Shown here: one piece after another, positions 47,779 through 59,019 of the stretch
Layout: each line of letters begins with the position of its first letter
How positions within the stretch are numbered: position 1 is the stretch's first letter
Assembly: GCA_002633005.1 (NCBI GenBank)
Contig: NMRA01000904.1
Location: 23,413 to 87,412 of the forward strand
Origin: Phoronis australis
Lineage: Eukaryota; Animalia; Phoronida
Direction: 5' to 3'
DNA length: 64,000 nt
The notes under the pieces: model-generated
What the model was told of the DNA's origin: nothing
Database searches by the model: none
Seen by the model: only the letters and a program-made list of their open reading frames with translations
Position numbers and translations under genes: made by a program

Positions 47779-50410
47779 AGGGTAGAGTGAAAACATGCAT
47801 TTTAAAATATGTTGGTTTTTGACGGTGAAATCGACACATTTCGTTTCTCAACTAAAACTCACAAAAACTTGCTGATTAAACTACGATCACCGACTGGATC
47901 GTCACTTTCCGGCACCGGGACAGCGGGCGCGAACTCATTCTCCCAGTTGGTCCTCCGCCAACCGTAGGCCTAATGGATACGTGGCCACAGGGCAGCTGAT
48001 CAGGCCTTTTAGTATGTGGACCGCTTCAGATGCCATTCAGGAAGACCACATAAGTATCGTCCGGTTACCTATTTTCGTCAGGCTCCAAAGTTCGTCCGCC
48101 ATCTTGTTTCGCGTGCAGCGCAACCACGCGGGACTTAGCGTTCCAATTTGGAGTGCTCGTGTGCACGTTAGGTACTAACTTATCGGAAGAGACACGTATC
48201 AAAGTAATGAGACAAAAATCGGTGAGTTTACCGATTGTTTTTTAAAACCACTTAAAAATCAGTAGATTTTACTAATACACTTTTTTGTGCGTTTTCAGAA
48301 GATGTTTTCGAATTTAAATTTTCTTCCGACGGGACACAAAACATGATCCAGGGTTTGTTTATGCAATGTATCTGTTTNNNNNNNNNNNNNNNNNNNNNNN
48401 NNNNNNNNNNNNNNNNNNNNNNNNTTTTCGAAAAACAGCATGAAATTTGGACCAGCAACCTCTGAGTACTCCTGGTAATCACCTCCGCTATCGGCAAATC
48501 CGATGGCAAAATGAATTCAGCAACAAACTTGACTTCAAAATGAGCTATGCGCTCAAATATGGGCTTCCGGACGATCGTTAACATAGGCCTGAATGGGGCG
48601 AACTTCAAACTTCAAGAGACGTGGAAAAATTTTCACCAATGACGCTCATATTTGGCAGTAACAAGTCTTAACATACACTCTATGCGACAGGCTATCGGCA
48701 AATTGTCCAGTTATCTCCCCTCGCTTATAAATTCCTGATTATAGCCTGCTCTTGTGTATTTCTTATGGAGGGCTGCTGGCAAGATTTAGCGCATGCGCAG
48801 TAGTGCATGTTACATATTTCTGGCGTTGATAAGTATATATGCCGGCGCTTAGTCGGAATCACGACTGCCAATGTCACTGAACTTGAAACAGACACAAATG
48901 GCCAATAACCGACACATTTCTTGGAACATAGAAAATTTCGCACACATACGCAAGGAACACTATGAGACTTGCAGCTGCGTTCCAACCTTGGCAGCGCGGA
49001 CCCCGCATTTTAACTGCCGGACTTGACCGCGCCGGACCGCCGTCTGGGGAGTTTTCACAGATACCTGGGACACGACTAGGGAGGCTGTATCCTGGCCTGC
49101 CGATCGACCCCGCTGTATACTTACCTTTGTTAGTCAAGGCTCCTTGAGAAAGCGACACAAATGGCCAATAATCGACACATTTCTCGGGACTTATAATTAT
49201 TTCAACACAACGTTTCTATAAGCGACACAAATGGCCAATAATCGACACATTTCTCGAGACTTACAATTATTTCAACACAACGGTTCTGAAACCGACACAA
49301 ATGGCCAATAATCGACACATTTTCTCGGAACTTAGAAAATTTCTCACATTTACGCAGGGGACAGACCTGAGCAGCCGCGCTCCAGCCTCGGCAGCGCAGA
49401 CCCCGCAAGCGCCGGCTGGGGACTTTCACAGATATTGCCGGGTCACGACAATGGACTGTATACCGGCCAGCCGCTTGACCCCGATACGTTTGCTTTTCGT
49501 TACATTTTCAAAGCACCTTTGAGAAAGCGACACAAATGGCCAATAATCGACACATTTCGTTGGACTTAGAAAATTTTGCACATACACAGGGACAGATTGG
49601 CCTGCAGCGCTCCGCCCTCGGCACCGCAGACCCCGCAGGACCGCCGTCTGTGGAAACGTATCGGGCTCCAGCGGCTGGCCGGTATACAGTCCATTGTCGT
49701 GTCCTGGCAATATCTGTGAAAAGTTCCGAGAAAATGTGTATCGATTATTGGCAATGTGTGTCGGTTTCAGAAACGTCCCACGAAATGTGTCGATTAATGG
49801 CCATCTGTGTCGCTTTCTGGCAAAGGGCTTTGAAAATGTAACCAAGGTAAGCTCACAGCAGGGTCTATTGGCAGGCCGTGATACAATCCCTAGTCGTGTC
49901 TCGGGTATCTCAGAGTGAAAACTCCCCAGACGGTGGTCCAGTGGGTAAAGTCCGGCATCCTGCGGCGTCTGCGGTGCCGCAGAACGGAGGGCGGAGCGCT
50001 GCAGGCCGGTCTGTCTCTGCGTATGTGCAAAATTTACTAAGTCCCAAGAAATGTGTCGATTATTGTCCATGTCGCTTTCAGAAACGTTGGGTTGATAAAA
50101 GTTGCGAGTACAAAGAAATGTGTATATGACTTTCGGCGCCGGAGCGCGGAATCACGGTAGCCGTCGGGTCAGAGCCTGGCCAGTGGAAGACAGGGGGCGA
50201 GCTTCCCGGCGTAGAGGCCAGTGGAAGACAGGGGGCGCACGGGTACGTTCTCATTGGCGGGACGGAGCCGGGACAGATTCGAGGTTTGCGGACTTTTGTT
50301 TCTCCGCGCATGATTAGGAAGTTTGCACGGGTTTTGGTCGCGAAACGAAATGTGTCGATTTCACCCTAATTAATCGACACATTTCAAAATGCGCGTTTTC
50401 ACTATTCCTT
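47779..50410. mobile_element. Foldback-like non-autonomous TIR element nested in the Sola3 intron
   Basis: ~95-bp imperfect TIRs (AGGGTAGAGTGAAAAC... / ...GTTTTCACTATTCCTT) with ATAT on both flanks. Internal direct and inverted arrays of GCGACACAAATGGCCAATAATCGACACATTT. Confidence 0.75.
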
Positions 50411-51158
50411 ATATCCTGTCACTGTTGGAATTCTGCCTTCTAAATTAACATGATAACCAGTTACTGCTGAATAACAAGCATCATTTTTGGTAGTCACTAG
50501 TTTGCATTTATTTTTTTCTTAAGGCAAATGTCTTTTCTTATACATGTAGTACATTTAAGAAAAGGACCTGTGCATTACCACGAGCGACCTGATGGTCCCC
50601 AATACACTACATATAATACTACAAGGTATGACACTCGGGACTAGAAATTTCACGGGTGCTTCGATTCAGCCATCCATATCAAACTCATAACTGAATAAAT
50701 TTACACAAAACAGGGGTTCAGCAAACCATGAGCAATTGTTCTTTCTTAACATTCACGGTGTCTTGCTCTACAGCAAGTTCGCTATAAATTCGCAGTCAAA
50801 GCAGAAAAATGTTCCCAAAAAGCCCAAACACACGTCGCACTTTGACAGTTTGAGATCAAGGACGGTACGGAAATTGCCGGTTTGTCGCGTTAAGTCACGA
50901 TGTAAGCTTGGTCGTCCATCCGTAACTCGTCGGTATTTTCGTTTTCATGGACGCACCTAAAGTCAGTGTCAGGACTTCATAGCGCAGATATGAAACCTGG
51001 TTCCTGATACTGAACTTAGGTAATCGCAAATGGAACATTTGCAGTGCCTGTGTGTAGTTGAGAAATCAAGTGCAAGAAAGTTTTCTAAATGTCAATTCAT
51101 ATCACTGGATGAACCGTAATCTCCCTCCTGTTGAGGTGTTTTACCCTAATTTTTTCAG

Positions 51159-51650
51159 ATGATTACAAGCAAATGACTGAGGAAGTATTTGGATTTTCAA
51201 CATTAGAGGAAGGTTGGGCATTGAAATCGGTCACAAAGCCCCAATAATGTTCAAAGGTGTGATGGATTTCCTTACAAATATGTTTAACGATGGCGAGAAA
51301 AGTGGCCAAAAAGCAGACCCAGGGCAGTGTGTTCAGTTCATCAGATCGAAGTTTCCTTCTAATGAGTGGCGTACAGACAAATAGATATCTAGCTTTTTTC
51401 ACGACTTGTCCTTCAAATAAAGCGCAAAGCAGTTTTTGAAGATGAAGACGAAGATGATGTTGCAAATGGTCGACGTATCTGGGAGGAGAAAATAGGGACG
51501 CACTATTTCGTGAAGTAGGAGCAATGCACCCGATTATGTATGGAGGAGAAAACTTGTGTGAGATGGTGAGGGACAAAAAGTTGAGCAATCTGAAAGTTGT
51601 GAATTCGAAAGAAATTTCTAAGCTGCTGAACATAGACATTAAGCTAAGTA
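51159..51650 (+). pseudogene. Sola3 transposase last exon (C-terminal domain)
   Basis: Acceptor tttttcag: LEEGWALKS..., a frameshift, then FLTNMFNDGEKSGQKADP...IRSKFPSNEW...*ISSFF. Confidence 0.8.
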
Positions 51651-51728
51651 AGCGTAAATCTGAATTTTTGAATACTGTTACAGGTTACTTATAGATGTGC
51701 GCTCGCCATGCTTATGTCTAGAATAGAA

Positions 51729-52600
51729 TTTTTAAAGGATATATGTGTTCACCCCTTCATCAGCGGGTGCTGACCGTGCTTGGAGTTGTGGGTAGGCATT
51801 GTGATGTTTGTAGGAATGGGAAATTGGTGGTCACATATGCCATTGTATTTCCAAGCTACTTGATTAGGACTCAAACCTATTGAAATATATTCCAGTTGCA
51901 ATGCTTAGTCTCATCACAGTGGCTTACTTCTGTTGCAGAACCCTTGAAAGTGTCGATGTCTTTCTGAGAGTTTTATGGTTTTCTATAAATGCTGAAAGGT
52001 GTAAACTGCTGGTGATACGAGTGGAGTGATTTTACATGATTTAGGGTGTGCCACTCTTGAACGCTTCCAGTCGGTGGAAGCAATATTGGTGCATTTTCTA
52101 CCTACTTAACCATTGCCTTGAAAAGCCTTGTTGCATAATATTAGTCTGTTATTCTTTACTGTTGGTGGATGACACATAATAAGGTTATTTTATGGAGTTT
52201 TGATTGATTTACATAGACTTCTGTGCGCCTTTCATTTAGACTTCCTGTGTGTTGGAAATAAATGATTTGCTTTAGTTTGGTTTTTCGATTTTGATCCAAA
52301 TTTTGTTTCACACAGTACATTTAGTTTACAGTACATTTAGTTTTCTATGTAACATTGAGCAGACTTCAAGAGAATTCTGTCAGACTCGGCTAAACTGGGA
52401 CAAACTTTCTCCAAAATTATTTGACAGATTAGTGGAACTTCTGTGTCCATGAAATATAGAAATTTTGTCAGCTTTATGTGAAGTTATTGCACCTAGGTGT
52501 TGCCTTTCTAGATAAGATGTTATGTATACATTATCTAGTAGTTCATGATGGTGCAACTCTGAAGTATTCCTGTTTTCATCTAATTTATGGTTGAAAGTAT
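51729..52600 (-). mobile_element. Possible degenerate Penelope-like retroelement 3' fragment nested in Sola3
   Basis: Minus strand has SIATGIYFNRFES*...EIQW (resembles the GIY-YIG C-terminal NRDxG...W tail), followed by CTGATGAAGGGG...CCTT (hammerhead-core-like). Confidence 0.35.
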
Positions 52601-55157
52601 GGGTTTTAGAAGCTAGTTATGTTTGTTTTTACATTACTTGAAGATCATAATATACTAATAGACATTCGAGTTCTTTTNNNNNNNNNNNNNNNNNNNNNNN
52701 NNNNNNNNNNNNNNNNNNNNNNNNNNNNNNNNNNNNNNNNNNNNNNNNNNNNNNNNNNNNNNNNNNNNNNNNNNNNNNNNNNNNNNNNNNNNNNNNNNNN
52801 NNNNNNNNNNNNNNNNNNNNNNNNNNNNNNNNNNNNNNNNNNNNNNNNNNNNNNNNNNNNNNNNNNNNNNNNNNNNNNNNNNNNNNNNNNNNNNNNNNNN
52901 NNNNNNNNNNNNNNNNNNNNNNNNNNNNNNNNNNNNNNNNNNNNNNNNNNNNNNNNNNNNNNNNNNNNNNNNNNNNNNNNNNNNNNNNNNNNNNNNNNNN
53001 NNNNNNNNNNNNNNNNNNNNNNNNNNNNNNNNNNNNNNNNNNNNNNNNNNNNNNNNNNNNNNNNNNNNNNNNNNNNNNNNNNNNNNNNNNNNNNNNNNNN
53101 NNNNNNNNNNNNNNNNNNNNNNNNNNNNNNNNNNNNNNNNNNNNNNNNNNNNNNNNNNNNNNNNNNNNNNNNNNNNNNNNNNNNNNNNNNNNNNNNNNNN
53201 NNNNNNNNNNNNNNNNNNNNNNNNNNNNNNNNNNNNNNNNNNNNNNNNNNNNNNNNNNNNNNNNNNNNNNNNNNNNNNNNTTTCTTTCAAGTTTTGTTTT
53301 CATGTTCTGTACTTTTCCTTTAAGCCCTTCAGGCAGTTTTCTTGTTTTGTTCCCTCTTGCAGGGCTATTCATTGTACACGCCGGTGGGCGTTTTTTGCAT
53401 GCCCATCTTGCAGAGTCTTAGTTAGTTTTATCTATTACGTCATAATAAATGACAATATTCGCAATCCTCCTCTTGTTTTACTCTGCAACATAGCTCGTGG
53501 CGTACCCCGGGCAAAATAGATTACGATAAATCTAATTGGCAAAAATATGCTCCCCCCTCCCCTTTGGCAATTTTATTCTTTTGCCATTTTTGTACTGAAT
53601 ATTGTCAAAAATTCTACTCCATTATCCAAAAGACGTATATCAAAACGTCACCTTGACTGAACTGCTGGCTTTTGTTTAGCTAGGCAATGACCATCGCCTC
53701 TGTTGGCCCGAACCAGAGGCGATGCAGAGGCTATAGGCGCTCTGTACGCCGGAAGCTTTCCGGCGAATTATGCCTCGCACCGACTAAACCATCAAAGTCA
53801 CGTTGTTATAAATACCTTTTGCGCATAGAGGAACACCTTAGGAGGTTGTCGATGTGTTTAATTCCTTCCAACTCGAACAAATACTCCCGTTATTAAACTT
53901 TTTCTTCTTTTACGTCGACTTATGAGGGAATCACCGTACACGACCCAGTTCTTGAATTGATAGCCAGTTGAAGGAGTGAATATTAGAAATTGCTTAATAC
54001 ATTATCAAATTACATGTAGCAAGAATTTCAAACACAATCGCAACTTTCGACGAAATTTTCGTCGATTGACTAGGAAATCGAGTCTGGCGGGGTCTGCTAA
54101 TGATCACTAAACACTGCCTAGTGCTATTGTATTAACAGCAACCGATTCTATGCGAAATAAAAACAACAAATAAACATTGTTCTACTAATTATTAAATAAA
54201 TACCATGTATCCGTACATAAATAAGAGCCAAATTTCGAAGGAAATCGCTGTACAAACGGACGCTATCGACTTTTCGGTTTTGGAAAACTGTTCAATTTTA
54301 CCTCCAATGCTGGAGAGCTTCACGGAATTGCCCAAAATTCTGCGTATTTGGCGGCATTTCACAGGAACTGTGAAAACTCCCACAGATTTGACGATGGAAT
54401 ATTTTTATTTTACCTTATTTTGGTAGAAAAAAGTATCTCACTTTAAATAGTTAGGAACTACTTTCTAATAAAAAAATTCCACACTTACTACCCATTTCCC
54501 TATTGGAATACATGGGAATATTGGATGTGCTGTAATCCATACAAAAACATTTTTTGGATTTTTTTTTATTGCTTGGTATCCTTAATAAAATCCCATTGAC
54601 AAAACCCATGAATTTTAACTTGCCTCCGCCGACCCATGCAGGTTTTCTCAGATAATGCCTCTTAAATTCTACACAAAATTTTGGCATGTTCATAAGCGTG
54701 TAACGAGCCCAAATTGGACAAAAACAAAGTCACTCTCATCACGAGCTCTCAACACGTGATCACCTATCTTTACTCGAAACTTGATAAAAACAAAGAGTTT
54801 TGAAAGACCATCAAGTTGAATATGAAGGAAAGCTCAATATTGTGGGGCTCGTGCTCTCTGTCACAGTGTTGCCTATTCGCAGATGTGACCCGAAATTTGC
54901 CAGTTCATGAAATCGGCACTTATGTCATTGAACCTACCTCAAACGATACAAGGGAACCGAAATACCAACCATGATTATATTAACTGAAAGGTAAATACAC
55001 CCACCTCAGAGGACATGTGAACCATTATTAAAGTGTAAAATATCTTTAAGAATTAGAGTAACACTCTAACAGTACCTCGTGATGAGAGAATAGATGCAGA
55101 GAAAGAGCGTTCTCCGACCCGGGGATCACATTCATTCATGCAAAAAGCAGTATTTAC

Positions 55158-55580
55158 CTGGAAGGCAGTACACTCGATTTAGTCGATAACAGACGCAGTT
55201 GTTTTGTTGTGTTGGGTCTCGATAGGGTGCAGCACTGGCAAATTTCACAGTTGTGCATAGGTACAGCATTTCTAAATCATCTGTACATTGAAAATCCAAC
55301 TTCACTGTAACAGTTACGTTCGACGCTTCAACTTCAGCGATCGTGTTCGCGGGAATAAAGAAGTTGTGGTGTTTTTTCAGCTCTGTTACCTCTAGTTTTG
55401 GCTTTGGCACCAAGCTAGTGCAATCGGCATTTTTCGATATGGTCGATTTGAAGTCCAAATCACTCGAGTTTAGCGCTACACCTGATCGAAGCATCACAGC
55501 GATAACCATGTGATGCCCTGGTTTCCCATTGCGTAGCAACAGACTCGTCAAACGAAGCTGAGTGGGACTCGCATGCAAAT
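55158..55580 (-). CDS. Host gene exon: Cys-containing beta-sandwich (CARDB-like) module 1
   Basis: Acceptor cctttgtcacag and donor G|gtaaat, 423 bp, phase 1-1, open: DLHAS...QCTDDLEMLYLCTTVKFASAAPYRDPTQQNNCVCYRLNRVYCLP. Paralogous to 45644-46069. Confidence 0.8.
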
Positions 55581-57777
55581 CTGTGACAAAGGAAAAAAAA
55601 ATGTTTTATGGCTAAATAATCTTTGGTACATGTACATTCCCAGCGCTTCAATCCCTCGATTTGGGGGCCGAACATCGGCCCCATTTCCACTCAAAATATT
55701 GAAAAATCCCTCGAAATTCCTCTCGGAAGGCCCAAAAATTCCCCACACGTGATTGAAAAATTACCCTCGAGGTTGGAATCACTTATAGTTCACACAGGCC
55801 ACTGTTTGAAAGAACATAAACTATTACATGTACATGTAATTTTGGCTACTTGAGACAGAATCTACGACGGCTTGCAACAGGGGTTCGCGGTGCTATTGGC
55901 CGAGTGGTGATTGGGGAAATAGAATTTTCTTGCAAACCCCAAAAATTACCCTATGAGAAGGCACAGGAATTTTCCCATGATATGATTGAGGGCACTGATT
56001 CCTAGGTATACTTTCTATATGAATACAATGTGCTAGTTAGTTCCATTTCTCTTGCGGTGTGTTACAGTCAGTCCGACGGCGACAGTTGAAAGTCGAACTG
56101 GACATGACACAACAGCTCGACAAGATCGCAAACTGTCAGGGCCAGTCATATGTTAAATATTCCGATGTTGAAAATTTTTCGCATGCTGTATACAGAACCA
56201 TCTGATTTCGATTGCGTCGGATAGGCAAGGATGGCTCACTGTCCGTGCCCACTGCCTCGTAGTTGTTTTGCTTCCGTCAGAAATCTCGGTGACGATGTGG
56301 ATCCTGGCAAGCTGCTGTATTTCATTCAAATTTATGAGCTCTTCCAAATGGGAGACAACAAATTTATCAGTACGTAATAGAAGGTAAACGGTTTATCTGT
56401 TCAATGTATATTTGAATATCATTCATTCTCAACGAATCGCGACAAATGGTGAAGCCAATGTTCATCTCACCACACAGAATGTCTGAAGTCATGAAACAAC
56501 GTCAAAAGACCTTTAATATAAAGAAAAATATGTCTAATGTGCGTGCTGTGTCTTATGACCGGCTACAGTTTACATGGTAGGTGTCACAATGCATCATGTA
56601 GCTTACGGTTCCATAAAATTACTTGAAGCTGAAAAAACGACAACGCAGAAACAGGCTCTTTTTTGTTATAATAACTTGTCCAATCGAAACAAAGAATTGC
56701 GTTTCGGAAACTCAGTGATACATATTCAAAGAGAAAGCCAACGTTTTTCATAAATAAAAAATAAATTTTAGGCCCTAATTGCCACCATGTTTGCTGAGTG
56801 AAGCCAAATATCAAATCATTTACGAGACCTCATTGCCGTGTTTTTGTAACAAAAGGTTTCAAGAGATATTTTAGAAAATTCTCAATCAATAATTTGTAAT
56901 ACACAAAAAACGGCGATGTCATTAATTTTTTAAACCTTTGCCTCATCTGAAGGTGGCTGTGTGGCACTGCTTTTCAAGAAGCGCGGTTAACGAGTCAATA
57001 TACCACCTGACCCACAACAAATTGCAACAAAAGGTTTTACAGTGGTTTTATGTTCTACTGGGTATCCATATTAACAGTAAAAAGTCTACGAAAAATCTTA
57101 CCACCGGAAATGGGTAAAACTACGCCATTTCCAAGATGGCCACCACGACGTTTCGAAATCACTAAAAATAGATAGTGTATGGTTTTAAGGAGTGAGCAAC
57201 TCACTGGTGTACTTGAAATTAATATATGACCACTATTTGATATGAAATTTGTTTCGAATTTTAACCTTTCTTTTTTTCGAAAAAACACTCATTGAAATTA
57301 CACAAAATTTTGCACGTGTGCAAATCGATCCATTGCCAGTACACCATAAAAACGTAATAATACACTGCGTTTTCGCTCCAGGACAGGAAAGATACATTGT
57401 AACTCAAAAAGTCAATTCCAAATTAGACTATATCATTATACAAAGTTTCATCGTCTAGGATGGTGACACTTGACAATTAATTTACTCAGGTGTACATTTT
57501 CAAGGATTGTGTCATAGAAATGTTTTTTTCAGTTGAGTGCTAAATTTTGCGAAGTAAAGATGGTGTTTTCTAGTGCTGAGAACGAGTTAATTAGGATTAA
57601 TTACAACATGTTTTACACAAAGTCTTGATTGCAATCTAATGAGCAACAGCGTCTGGAATGCACTGTCAGAGAATGTGTACCAAGGTATACTTAAACCTTC
57701 AAAACTTCTTTACTTAAAAGGCATATGTCAGTATCAAAATGACTCAATGAACACCAGGTGCCAGTAAAGTATTTTTA

Positions 57778-58880
57778 TGTTCGAAATATGTCCCGAAATT
57801 AATAGGTTCGTCGCAAGCTCCGTTTCCAGAGATACAAACGAGACCGTGTATAGGCGATATAAGGTCATTTATTATGACTGATAAGATACAGAAATATGAT
57901 TGTACAAATAATATAAAGATAAAATAATAATCTCTGGAAAGATAAGCAATAAAAAGCACCTGCACATAGGTAAGAGGAACCACCGAAAGGAGAGGGTGGT
58001 ATGGGGTGGGAAAAATTGAAGAGAGATTAGACTCGAACCTAAGTGCTGCTAAAGCGAAGTACTGGTGGCAGGAAATATAACTTTACTGAGAACAAAGAGC
58101 CCTATGACACGTGACAATCATCAGCCTATGGGAGCCAGGAGCTGACCAAATTCGTGACAGTAACACAAACGAACCAATAGTGAGGGTGGAAATGGAATGT
58201 CCTAATGCCTCCAGTGCAGAAGGACAGCATGCGAAGCTACACAAGGGGTTAATGTACCAGTCCGAAAGATGGGGGTATAAGTGGGACGAGTCTATATTCT
58301 CACATAAATATATTTAATGAGTGAAATATCATTTATGTTCGAAATATGTCCCGAAAATAATAGGTGCGTCGCAAGCTCCGTTTCCAGAGATACAAAGGAG
58401 ACCGTGTATAGGCGAAATAAGGTCATTATTACGACTGATAAGGTACGGAAATATGAGTGTACAAATAACATAAAGATAAGATAATAATCTCTGGAAAGAT
58501 GGACAATAAAAAGCGCCACGAGAAATGTTGAAGACAGCTCATGCCCATCCGCAGGGACGCACCAAAAGAACAAGGGAGGAAAAGGAGGTATTGTGTAGAT
58601 TCGCATACTTAAGGAGGCTGGTAGCCGCATATCCAACCCTAACTTCAGGACCAAGGCTGGAGGGGGAGGCACGTTTACCCAAGTGCTGCAACAGCTACCG
58701 GGTGTGAACTCACCCTGGTGTCGTGGCGGTAACGAATGGAACTAGAAGTAAGACTAAAAATACAAAAGTAATACATGGAAGGCTGAACAAAACAATGCGA
58801 CAAAGGGGCGTATTGGTAAATAGGAAAAACAAGATACACGGAGTGAAACGAAAGTAACATAAGTAAGATAAGGAAAGAGG
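57778..58880. repeat. ~1.1-kb insertion in Academ copy 2 containing a ~180-bp direct repeat (57778-57960 / 58336-58517); LTR-like
   Basis: Both units start TGTTCGAAATATGTCCCGAAA. The insertion is absent from Academ copy 1, and part of it resembles 4031-4110. Confidence 0.55.
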
Positions 58881-59019
58881 TTTTATTCGTCGACGTGACG
58901 CATAAACGATTAGGTTACATTTTCATCCTAAGAATGTTGTTTTCATTGCACGCACTGCCTCCGTTCAACCCTCGTCAGTGTATTCAAGTTCCACAAAAAC
59001 TTGATTTAGCCGATTGTCA

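Larger units (their letters stand above)
46524..54661 (+). mobile_element. Sola3 DNA transposon derivative (8.1 kb including nested insertions and gaps) in a host intron
   Basis: TTAA TSD at 46520-46523 and 54662-54665. Perfect 25-bp TIR GAGGCATTATCTGAGAAAACCTGCA plus a shared GGCGGAGGCA block. Sola3-type N- and C-terminal coding remnants. Confidence 0.9.

Noticed and set aside
48890-49560. Regularly recurring ~30-bp repeat resembling a CRISPR array
   Set aside because: Eukaryotic context, intervening sequences similar to each other and uneven in length, inverted copies present, and no cas genes. It is a TE-internal repeat.
52619-53372. Long ORFs of 211-247 aa in the ORF track
   Set aside because: They are artefacts of translating through an N-gap.
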